Assembly: GCA_951406725.2 (NCBI GenBank)
Contig: OX597817.1
Coordinates: forward strand, 87,812,001-87,936,000
Direction: 5' to 3'
Origin: Octopus vulgaris
Taxonomy: Eukaryota
DNA length: 124,000 nt
The position numbers and the translations under genes are program-made. Numbering within the stretch: the first letter of the stretch is position 1; every line of letters starts with the position of its first letter. The notes beneath the pieces are model-generated. The model had not been told where the DNA came from, searched no databases, and saw nothing but the letters and a program-made list of their open reading frames with translations. Shown piece after piece: positions 113,696 through 124,000 of the stretch.

Positions 113696-113815
113696 AAACT
113701 GCGTAACCTAATTTCATTGTTGTTTTGCACGGTACCTACTTTTGAATTGTTGGCTGGAGAAAAGCTTCCAAAGAAGGATCAATATGATTTCCGGGAAATC
113801 CCAACAACAATAGCT
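113696..113815 (+). CDS. TBC1D32: TBC1D32 exon (KLRNLISLLFCTVPTFELLAGEKLPKKDQYDFREIPTTIA), phase 0 to 0
   Basis: long T tract + tgcag acceptor, gtaagt donor; resembles [29 protein letters not shown]. Confidence 0.94.
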
Positions 113816-114339
113816 GTAAGTTAAACTTATATCATGATATATATATCACTAATACCAATATATTTTGATATGTACCACTAATATTGGTGTATATGTTGCT
113901 AATCATCATCATCATCATCATCATCATTTTATGTCTATTTTCCATACTGGCATGGATTGAACAATTTGACAAGAGCTGGCTAGCCAGAAACTGCTTTGGC
114001 ATGGCTTCTACAGTTGGATACCTTTCCTAACACCAACCATTTTGTCTTACATATCTTGAGTGCTTTTTGAATCATGGGATCATGGACCATGCTGTGAGAA
114101 CACACGGGAATGGCATTTCCTTACTTTTCCAAATATACCCAAATTTAAAATGATCAAATATAACAATATCATTCATTCGGCATGTGTTGAAATATGCCAA
114201 AACAATTTAATTCCACACAAATATATGTTGCTATACATTTAATTTATGTGTTAATTCTATTTACTGAAACTTGCAAAAAAGCATATTTTGCTTTAAAGTA
114301 GTATCTCTTTGTAGGCACAATTGTCAGTAATCATACTGT

Positions 114340-115200
114340 TTCCATTTCTCTCAGCCAATATTTTTACATTAGCCTTCTTTCAAACTCTAGATAATGCAAC
114401 ATACAGCTGACCATATGAGAAGAACTGTGTCGGAAGATATATTCCAATTTGTTCAAAAGTTTGTTCCTGTGCCTTGTTGCACATCAAGGCAAAAGCTGGC
114501 TTGACAGGAAATTGTTTGCATGTAAATGTGAATGGAAATTCCATTTCTTGAGATATATGTGGTATTCTTGGGATTAGTAGTGTTGATCCTGCATAAGGAC
114601 CAGCACAATTTGTGAATGATTTTCTGTTGATCCTGGTCAACAGAAAATCATTCACAAATTGTGCTGTTTCATTTTTTGGAGTAATGATGGTTCTATTTGC
114701 AAGCTACTCAGGGTTTGTGAAGTTATTTTTGAGGTCAGCATATACAAGATCACATAGATCTGAAAGAGTACCATTTTCAAGGCAAAGGTCATTGGGTAGT
114801 CTGATTTTGAATTCACCTAGGCTTTGTTAAACAGAAATGCACCATTTCCTACATTAAGAAGGTAATCAGCAAACTCTCTTTCATCAGAATGACTTTCTGT
114901 AAGAAGTCTTAGATTGATTGTCAACTCCGCTACCTCCACATGATCACAAAGAAAAGATCTCTTTAGTTGTTGCATCAACAATTTGTGATCTGACACCATT
115001 ATTTTGAAGTAGAATATTCTCCTCTCAAGATGCTCTAATGTGTAATAGAAACAGAATCATGTCCATGTCTCCATGCATATTCAGACATCTGTTTCAGTTG
115101 CTTTGCCCTGGTTTCACGTGATTCAGTTGCCCATCTTTCTCTCTGTCATTATGCCTTTGCTGCTAAATTTTCTTTTCCAGTCGCATATTCATCATCATCA
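114340..115200 (-). mobile_element. Internally deleted Helitron (PIF1 helicase fragments)
   Basis: LLIPRIP..FPFTFTCKQFPVKPAFALMCNKAQEQTFEQIGIYL..FSYGQLYVALSRV; TIITPKN..VND; LTINLR..EFADYLLNVGNG. Confidence 0.92.
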
Positions 115201-115944
115201 TCATCATCATCGTTGATGATATATAAATAAATGCTCGTTAAAAACTATCTTGTTTAGCTTGCTAGAAATGGCAGCGATCACATAGTTATTATTGTGAGGT
115301 TTATAGCGTTCCAAGTAGCCATAACAACAAAATCACTTCTTCATTTAAAAAGGAAAAAAAATTATACATATATATTAAAGAATCTTCCTTTTGTCAAAAA
115401 TATTCATTTAACAAACTCTGGAAACTGATAATATTCTTGAAATTGTTCTCGTATCAAAATTATACAGCTATTTTATGTAATAGCATGCATTCATTCAACA
115501 CAAAATCACTTTAAAATTATACCAGTATATTAAAAAATTTTCATTTTATCAAAAATATTCATTTAACAAACTCCGGAAACTGATAATATTCTTGAAATTG
115601 TGTCTCATATCAAGGTTATGTGGCTATTATCAAATTATCATTAATGAAAATAGAGGCAAGCAAGAATGAGAGACTGTTACAAATAAAAACATAAAATGTT
115701 GCCTGCAATTAATTAATAGTGTTTATTATTAAACATTAAAATCTACTCCACAGTAAATGCAATGAATATTTAAATTTATGAAGAATTGGACGCAGTGAAT
115801 GCAATGAATTAATGCAATGAACATGAATTAATAACAATATTTCCAGATGGGCAAGCTTTTAATATTGCTTTCTTTTAATAATTGTTATATATCTAATTAA
115901 TAAGTAGCTTTCTCCATTATAGTATATATATATATGTATATGTG

Positions 115945-115981
<37 letters not shown>

Positions 115982-116309
115982 ATATGTGTGTGTACATGTG
116001 TGTTTGGTCATCCCCCACCTCTTGACAACCGGTGTTGGTATGTTTATGTCCCCGTAACTTATCAGTTTGACAAAAGAGACCAATAAAATAAGTATCACCC
116101 TTTAAAACAATTAAGTACTGGGGTCAATTGATTCAACTATAAAAACACTCTTCAAGGCAGTGCTCCAGCATGGCCACAACCTAATGACTGATGCAAGTAA
116201 AATAAAAGATAATATTGGGATATGATGATACATGTCACTATTATTGATATCCATCCATCCATCTGAGAACGTATTGGTTCTTATTCTATTACCAATGTTG
116301 TGTATATAT

Positions 116310-116340
<31 letters not shown>

Positions 116341-116789
116341 TTATATCATCATTGTTGTAACTTCCCTTTTTCCATGCTAGCATTGGTCAGATGGATATTG
116401 CTGAGGTAGATTTCTATATCTGGATACCCCTTCCTGTCACCAACTCCAAAATAAAGTTATATTTCCTCATGACCAGAAAGACTTTCACAGGAGATTGGAA
116501 ATAAAAGACACTGTTTGTGTGGAGGTGATGCTCATTTAATAACTATTAAAACATGTCAAGCCGAGGAGATACTAATACACACACACACACGTTAGGCTTC
116601 TTTCAGTTTCCATCTACTAAACCCACTAACAAGGCTTTGGTCAGCCAGGAGTTGCAGAAATGCTATTGCTGAAGGTGCCACACAGTGGGACTGAACCCAA
116701 AACCATATGGTTGGAAAATAAACTTCTTAACTACACAACTACATATATGGCTATATATCAGATGTCTGTGATTGTACATGTAAATATTA

Positions 116790-117400
116790 AATATATGTTT
116801 ATGTGTGTATATATTTGGTGTGTATTAATAGTGTATATATATTAGATACATATGTTTATATGTGTATGTATTATGTGTGTGAGTTTATATGTGTGTATGT
116901 ATTAGTTGTCTGTGTTTATATATGTGCATATACTAGATGTCTTTGTTTGTATCTGTAAACATAGTAGGTGTCTGTGCTTAGACATGTGTATATATTTGAT
117001 GTCTATAGGCGACATCTGTGTTTATATATGTGTATACATTAGATGTCTGTGTTTATATCTGTGTATATAGTAGATATCTGTGTTTATACATGTGTATATA
117101 TTAGATGTCTGTGTTTATATGCGTACATATAGTAGACATCTGTGTCTATTCATGTATATATATTAGAAGTCTCTATTTATATATGTATATATAGTAGATG
117201 TCTGTTTATACATGTGTCTGTATTAGATTTCTTTGTTTATGCATGTGTGTTTATGTGTATATTAAAATCTTTGCTTATGAATATATATATATATATATTA
117301 GCTGTCTGTTTATATATGTGTTAAGTGTCTGTGTTTATGTGCATATATGCCTGTTTATGTGTGTGTGTATTAGATGTCTTTGTTTATCTGTGTGTATGAG
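116790..117400. repeat. About 30-bp minisatellite (atatgtgtatatattagatgtctgtgttt)
   Basis: More than 15 degenerate units derived from (AT/GT)n. Confidence 0.85.
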
Positions 117401-117442
117401 GTGCCTGCATATTGCTTTATTATTATTTTGAAAGTGTTTTCA

Positions 117443-117481
<39 letters not shown>

Positions 117482-117862
117482 GAGAGAGAGTGAGAGAGAG
117501 ATGGGTGGAGTAAATAGATATGTAGGTAGGTAGCAAGACATTTCATTCTAATATTTTGTGTACACATGACAGAACATTTTTATGTCATTATTTCCTGGAG
117601 ATTTCTGTATTTTAAGGGATGGGGTGTGTTGGTTGGTCTGCTTCACATCCTTTCTTCTCTTGAAGAATGATATTTTTTCCTATGGCATGATTTGAAAGCA
117701 GCTCTATGAGCTAAGAAACTAAAGTAAGCAAATATAATGCATTTTCAGTAAGAATTGTGAGGAATAGTTCAAAGTAACACCTTCTAGTGCTGTTTTAAAT
117801 GAAGCTTTCGGTAGAAATTTTGAGGAAAGTGTTATTTTTTTTAATATTGTTGTGTATATCTG

Positions 117863-117921
<59 letters not shown>

Positions 117922-118177
117922 TACTATATCAGATATGTATTTTTCTCTTCATACACTCTTTTCTTTCCATCTGTTTTCTTTCTTCATCTATTCTTTCTGT
118001 AGAGGAGCATAGGCTCAAAATGTTAAATACATCTCATTTAAATACATCTTCATTTAACATCCATTGTCCATAGTGGCATGAGTTGGATGGTTTTTAACCA
118101 GGGCTGGCAAGCTGGAAGGCTGTACAAGACTCTAGTCTAATTTGGTATAATCAGATTTGAAAGTAATTAGTATTGTA

Positions 118178-118219
<42 letters not shown>

Positions 118220-118221
<2 letters not shown>

Positions 118222-119660
118222 ATTTCATCATCATCATTTAACATCTACTTTCCATACTGGTATGGTAAGACAATTTGATAGGAACTGGGCAGCTGGGGAG
118301 CTTCCCAGGTTCCAGTTGTCTACTTGGCATTGTTTCTATATCTGGATGTCCTTCCTAATGCCAACTACTTCACAGAGTGTAGTAGGTGCTTTTTACATGG
118401 CACCAGCATGGGCGCTTTATGTGGCACTAGCACAGGTGCTTTTACATGGCATTGGCACAGCAGCTTTTCATGGCACCAGCAAGAGTGTTTTTTATGTGAC
118501 ACCAGCACCTATGAGCCCTCAAGAGAAGGACTTCTCATCTGAGAGAAGGACATAGAGGACATACCTGTATGTATAAGATAGTCACAGTTTTACTTAGTTT
118601 GATGTGTTTTCTCAAGCACAGCAAACTAACAGAAGTCTCAGTCCCCAGTCATCACTTCTCTGTGTGGCCCAACATCTGAACATCCTTTTCTACCTCTTCA
118701 TCCCATGTCTTCCTAGGTTTACTCCTTTAACAGGTTCCCTCCACAGTTAGAGATTGGCTCTTTTTTCTGCAGCTGCCCTCATCCATATGCATCTCATGAC
118801 CATACCAGCACAGTCTTCTCTCTTGCACACTATATCTGATGCTAGTTTTTTCTCTTAAATCATTTACTCTGCCATACATGCACACTGACATTATCCATCC
118901 AGCAGAGGATGCTGACTTCACTTCTATCAAGCCTTTACATGTTCTCTTCATTCATAGCCCATGTTTCACAGCCATGGAACATACTCAAGCATCATACAAT
119001 TTACCTTTCACTATTAGGGAGAGGCCCTTTGTTACCTACAAAGGTAACAGCTCTCTCAACTTTGCCCAGTCTGTTCTTATTCTAGTAATTCAGAACTTCC
119101 TTCTCCACTATTAACTTGGTTGCCTAGCTAATGGAAGCTATCTACAACATCTAAGGATCCTTCTGTGAATTTAAGGAAGTCTATACTGTGTACATTCTTA
119201 GTGTTACCTGCACATCTGCCATGCACAAACTACTTTTTCTGTTAATTTTCATGTGATACCACTGCACTTCTTATGTATCCATAGCTTTTTCTGGAGTTTC
119301 TACAAACACCTTTCCTACATATTGATCAGGGTCAACTTCCTGAAGGGATTTGAGAGTTGTCCATTTTTCTACTACTAGGACTTTTGTTTAAATTGACTCA
119401 AAGGCCCTTAGATCCCAGACCTTGCTTCAACACCTGAAATTTTTTCTCTAGTTCAGGTGGTGATACAGCTATAACAACAAGGTCATCAGTGTAAAGGAAC
119501 TCCCAAGAACAGCCTGATTTAAATTCCAATTATGGCCTGGAGGGATGTGATGAACAAAAGGGGACTGAGAATTGATCTTTGGTGAACTCCTATTTGTACA
119601 CTAAATTTATTCTATAATCATTGCCAACCTTCACCTTACTGACAGCTTCCTTGTATATAT
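118220..119660 (-). mobile_element. Decayed RTE-clade LINE
   Basis: RYSVQERRLCWYGH motif, GVHQRSILSPLLF-like RT motif near 119550-119600, (cat)n tail. Confidence 0.8.
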
Positions 119661-121744
119661 ACCAACGTTTGTTTTTCTGTTCAATTATGATAAAAACAGT
119701 TTTATATTAAGTTAAAGGATTACTCCATACTCTTGTAGAGTACATATTTATTATTCTTTAACAAGAATAGCATTGACTATGTATGTATGTATGTATGTAT
119801 GTATGTATGTAGGTATGTATGTATGTATATATGTACGTACGTACGTACACACGCACGCATGCATGCATAAGTGTGTGTATGTATGTACGTGTAAATATAC
119901 GTATGTATTTATGTATGTATGTATGTACATACATAAGTAATTAGGAATATAATGTGTGTGTGTATGTAATTAGATTTGATCTTTAGGTATATGAGAATCT
120001 GATTGCAGTGTTATCAAGACAGGACATTAGCTGTCTATTGTGTGTTAAGTACACACAATGTCTTACATGCAAATGTTGAAAACTGTGTGCTATGGCAGAG
120101 GAAGTATATCATTGTATAATACAGTTTTGTGAAGCCATAGTTATGAGCGATTTCATTATTAAATGATATATTAGCTTAGTGTTCTCAGCCATTGTTTCTG
120201 AAATTTTTTTATTATAAATACATCAAGTAATTTTGTTATTTTTTCAGTGAATGGATAGCACATATTGAATGTCTTATAAATTATATTTAGAATATAGCTT
120301 AAAGGCAGTAGATTGTTTTTTGTTGTTTTTTTTTGTCTGTGCTGTTTTTTTTTAAATTTTAAAATAGTGAAATAATCCAGAATGTATGGTGTTGTTGAAT
120401 GGAAGTTTTGGAAATCAAATGTCGACAAAGAAATGTAACAGTTTATAATGAAGAGGAATATGAATTCATCAGATATTTTGTGTGGAACGCATAGAAAAGT
120501 CATCAGGTTATAACAATACTGCATACTGAAAATTTCTGCATGATTTTTAAAATGTTAGATTTAAATTAAAACAACTCCTCTATAATATCTGGCTGGTGTT
120601 TGAACTTACAAAGTGCAGTTCATCACCTTTGTGCAACATATTAGTTAATATATGTAGGCACAGTTGTGGCTGTGTGGTAAGAAGTTTGCTTCCCAATTAC
120701 ACAGTTCCGTGTTCAGTCCCACTGTGTAGTACCTTGGGCATGTGTTTTCTATTATAGCCTTGGACTGACCAAATTCTTGTGAGTGAATTTTGTTGACAGA
120801 AACTGAACGAAGCCCAGTATATATTGTCTGTGTGTGTGTGTGTGTATTTGTTCTCCATGTCTTGATATCACATGATAGTTGTAAATGAGTACCTCTCTGT
120901 CATAGAAGCAGTGTCATCCATTGCCAATATTCTGTGACAATATGTTTGGTTATGGGGAAATATTACCTTGTAGGTAGGGGTTGGTAACAGGAAAGGCATT
121001 CAGCTGTAGAAAATCTGCCTCAAATATACTCCATCCAACCCATGCAATCATGGAAAAGTGAACTTTAAAATGATGATTATGACGATGATGATGTAATATA
121101 ATGTACTGTAAACACATTGATAATATAAAGTAACATTGTATATAAAACTGGGAAAATGTTGGGTGATTGTATTGTTATTTCTGTTGAGAGTTATTGATTA
121201 AAAATAATACAAATTATTTATGAGGGGAAAAAACAACCAAATCATTGAATTTAATTGTTTCTAATGCAATATTAATTTGTTTTCTGTATATTTTTTCTTA
121301 ATGAACAATGAAGCATTGTGAAATAAGACTTATTGTAATTGATGTGGTAAAAAATGTGAAATGAAAACAATATGGTAGTATTGAGTTAGAAATATTAAAT
121401 GTCAAATGTAAGGAAGAAGAAAGGCAATAACAGTCTTCACAAGAAGAGAAAAAGAATAATAGAAGTTACAAAATAATAAAGCTAATGTTTGAAACTGATT
121501 AAGTCTTGGACTATTAATTACTTACTTCGTCAAGATCTAGTTGTTTCTTTGTTTTGTTAGGTTTAAAATTATTTCATTGTTAAAATGAAAAAACAAAATA
121601 ATTGGCTTTGAATTCCACATTTCTGATAAAAGAGATGAGATTGAGAAAAAACACTAAAACTTTAAAGGCATTTTTACATTTGTTTTTTCAACTTTAAAAT
121701 AAGTTGAATGGTTTCTGTTTAATTGTACATATATATGTATATGT

Positions 121745-121985
121745 GGAAGCACGTGGCTTAGTGGTTAGGGTGTGAGCATCATGATCGTAAGATTGTGGTT
121801 TCGATTCCTGGACCAGACGACGCATTGTGTTCTTGAGCAAAACACGTTGCTCCAGTCCACTCAGCTGGCAAAAATGAGTAACGCTGCGATGGACTGGCGT
121901 CCTATCCAGCTGGGGAACACATACGCCATGGAAACCGGGAAAACAGGCCCATGAGCCTGGCTAGGCTTTAAAAGGGCACATTTAT
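121745..121985 (+). mobile_element. tRNA-derived SINE, third family (related copies near 45975, 49720, 61310, 66890, 96510)
   Basis: gtggcttagtggttagg...gtttcgattcc head; body ttgctccagtccactcagctg. Confidence 0.75.
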
Positions 121986-122179
121986 TTTTCTTTTATATGT
122001 GTATATATGTATGTGTGCACACATACATACATATATAAAGATACACACACACACACACACAAACACACATACATATATATATGTATGTATACATATATGT
122101 GTATATATGTATGAATGTATATAGCTTATTTGGGACTTTGCTCCAGCCACATGTCTGTTCAGTATCCTTGAGCAAGTTA

Positions 122180-123030
122180 TTACATAGAAATTCCCAGTTT
122201 TCATCTACATTACAAGTATCTAAATCTACCTCTCTGCAGTCATATGCATCAGTTAGAACTTCTCTAAATCTGTTCCCGATTGTGGGATCTTTTAGTTTTC
122301 ATATCTTCCTTCTCCATGTCATCACATGTTTCTGTGTCTTCCTAGCTCTAATTCTGAAGTCACTAACCACTAATCTGTGTTGTGTAGTGCATTCTACGCT
122401 AGGAAAGGTTTTGGCTTTTACAACAGATGTTCTTTTCTTGGTGTGAATGTAATCTGTCTGATTTGTGTGTACACCAGATTTGTATGTGACAAGGTGGTTG
122501 GCTGGCTTACTAAAGCGAGTGTTACAAATTGTTAGATCCATTGCATCACAAGACTCCAGGAGCTGTACACTTCATTTCTCTCTTATATATGTTGTGGACT
122601 TATATATGTTGTAGAAGCCATTAGTGTGTTGACTACCGTGACTGTTGAACTCACCAGTCATGATAATAAAGTTGCCATCAGTCATCATCGAAATAGCCTG
122701 CAATAGGGTCTCATAGTAGCAGTCCTTCTGTACTTCTGTTAGTCCTGCCTATGGTGTATGCACCAAGATCACTGTCACTGTTGAGGTGCTTATAACTACT
122801 CTCATCTTGATAATGTTATCACATACTCTCATAACCTCAATTACTTTTTCTATCCATTTCTCAACTAACAGTATGCCTACTCCACCCCTTCCATCACTGT
122901 TACTCCCCTAGATGAATTTGTATCTCTGTCTTTGTGAAGAGTTTGTTTGAGGATCCTTCCTAGCATACTTCTTGCACACAACAAAAATCTACTCATTTTC
123001 ACTCCAGTAGTTTTTCAGTCTCACCAGACC
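122180..123030 (-). mobile_element. RTE-clade LINE APE endonuclease fragment
   Basis: DLTICNTRFSKPANHLVTYKSG..QTDYI..TQHRLVVSDF. Confidence 0.85.
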
Positions 123031-123230
123031 TACCTTTCATCATGCCCTCATTTATAGTTGCAGCCCTAAAGTCTTGGAATCCACAAGAGAGGTGGGTGTA
123101 TCATCAATTAGAAGGCTATTATTTGATTGGATATGAACAAGCAAACAAACAAACAAACAAACAAACATACATACATACATACATACATACACACACACAC
123201 GCATGCATGCATGCACGCACACACACACAT

Positions 123231-123265
<35 letters not shown>

Positions 123266-123299
123266 TGCATGGGGCAGGAAAGTGAACTAATCTCCAGTT

Positions 123300-123560
123300 G
123301 GATCTGCCTGTTGTTATGCAGTGGATGGAAAAACACAATCTGCAGCTAAACAAGTATAAATCTGAATTAATTCACTTCAGTAAAGAGGCTTCACTTAAGC
123401 TAACATATACTCTTCTCTTGAGCAAAAACCACCTGGCCTCAAACACCACCAGGGACCTCAGAGTAAACATAAGCTAGAGTGCCCTCATAAACAACAAGCT
123501 GACTTGGCCCACAGTCTACAGATGCTCCTACTATATCTTCTCCACCTTTACCCATACCCT
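123300..123560 (+). mobile_element. Decayed CR1/L2 RT fragment
   Basis: WMEKHNLQLNKYKSELIHFS and TRDLRVNI motifs. Confidence 0.55.
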
Positions 123561-124000
123561 TCTTGCATATTGTTGTCTGCTGTTGTCTCCTTACGTAACA
123601 CAAAATATTTTTAAGATTGAAGCACCCCAGAGATTAATCACAAAAAATAGATGACATGACAGGTCTTAATTATTGGGATTGTCTTGAGAAACTCAAATTT
123701 TATTCTTTCCAATGTCACCATATGGGTGCAATATCATTTGCATGATGTAGAAAATATTGCATGATGTAGAAATATAACAGCATTGCACAAATGATGTTGG
123801 CATCAATTTAAAGTTCATTCATGCCATCTGCCTTCTACATAAATCTTGTTTGCATCACATCACAACACTAAGACAGAACTAGTTCATTTCCAACTGGCCT
123901 GACTCTATTTAATATCATGCCAAGACACATAAGAGAAGAAAAAGACCTCATAACATTCAAATACTTCCTGGGTGAATATCTCTAACAAATTTAGATAAAC

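Larger units (their letters stand above)
8110..113815 (+). other. TBC1D32: Partial gene span: TBC1 domain family member 32 / Broad-minded (BROMI) orthologue, 16 internal exons, 1788 coding nt (596 aa); 5' and 3' exons outside window
   Basis: All 16 exons have AG/GT boundaries and matching intron phases, giving one continuous ORF. Peptides align in order with recalled human TBC1D32 segments (TKEIY, [44 protein letters not shown]). Confirm by BLASTP of the spliced product. Confidence 0.92.

Overview
AT-rich, microsatellite-saturated animal genomic DNA. The repeat families are most consistent with an octopus/coleoid cephalopod; this is an inference. The window holds the middle of one large + strand gene. 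I traced 16 GT-AG exons (8110-113815) that splice phase-consistently into a stop-free 596-codon frame. It matches my recollection of human TBC1D32/BROMI (ciliary Broad-minded protein), roughly from residue 230 to 830; the first and last exons lie outside the window. Introns (up to about 15 kb) are packed with decayed RTE, CR1/L2, Tx1, R4/Dong and Penelope retroelements, mariner/Tc1 and Helitron remnants, MITEs, tRNA-derived SINEs and mini/microsatellites. Almost all entries of the ORF track are microsatellite or decayed-TE artefacts. The most interesting signal is RNA-level: at least three families of minimal type I hammerhead-ribozyme motifs with palindromic stem III. They occur (i) at a young Penelope 3' end with a recurrent CUGUNGA core variant, (ii) as a back-to-back inverted pair, and (iii) in a TSD-flanked composite made of a tRNA-like head, (TAA)n and hammerhead tail, which looks like a Penelope-mobilised SINE later hit by an R4/Dong LINE. 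Also noted: a candidate poison exon, a young 370-bp tandem array fused to a retroposon tail, and several templated or fold-back repair scars. No database search or folding program was run; identifications come from reading the sequence and from recalled family motifs.
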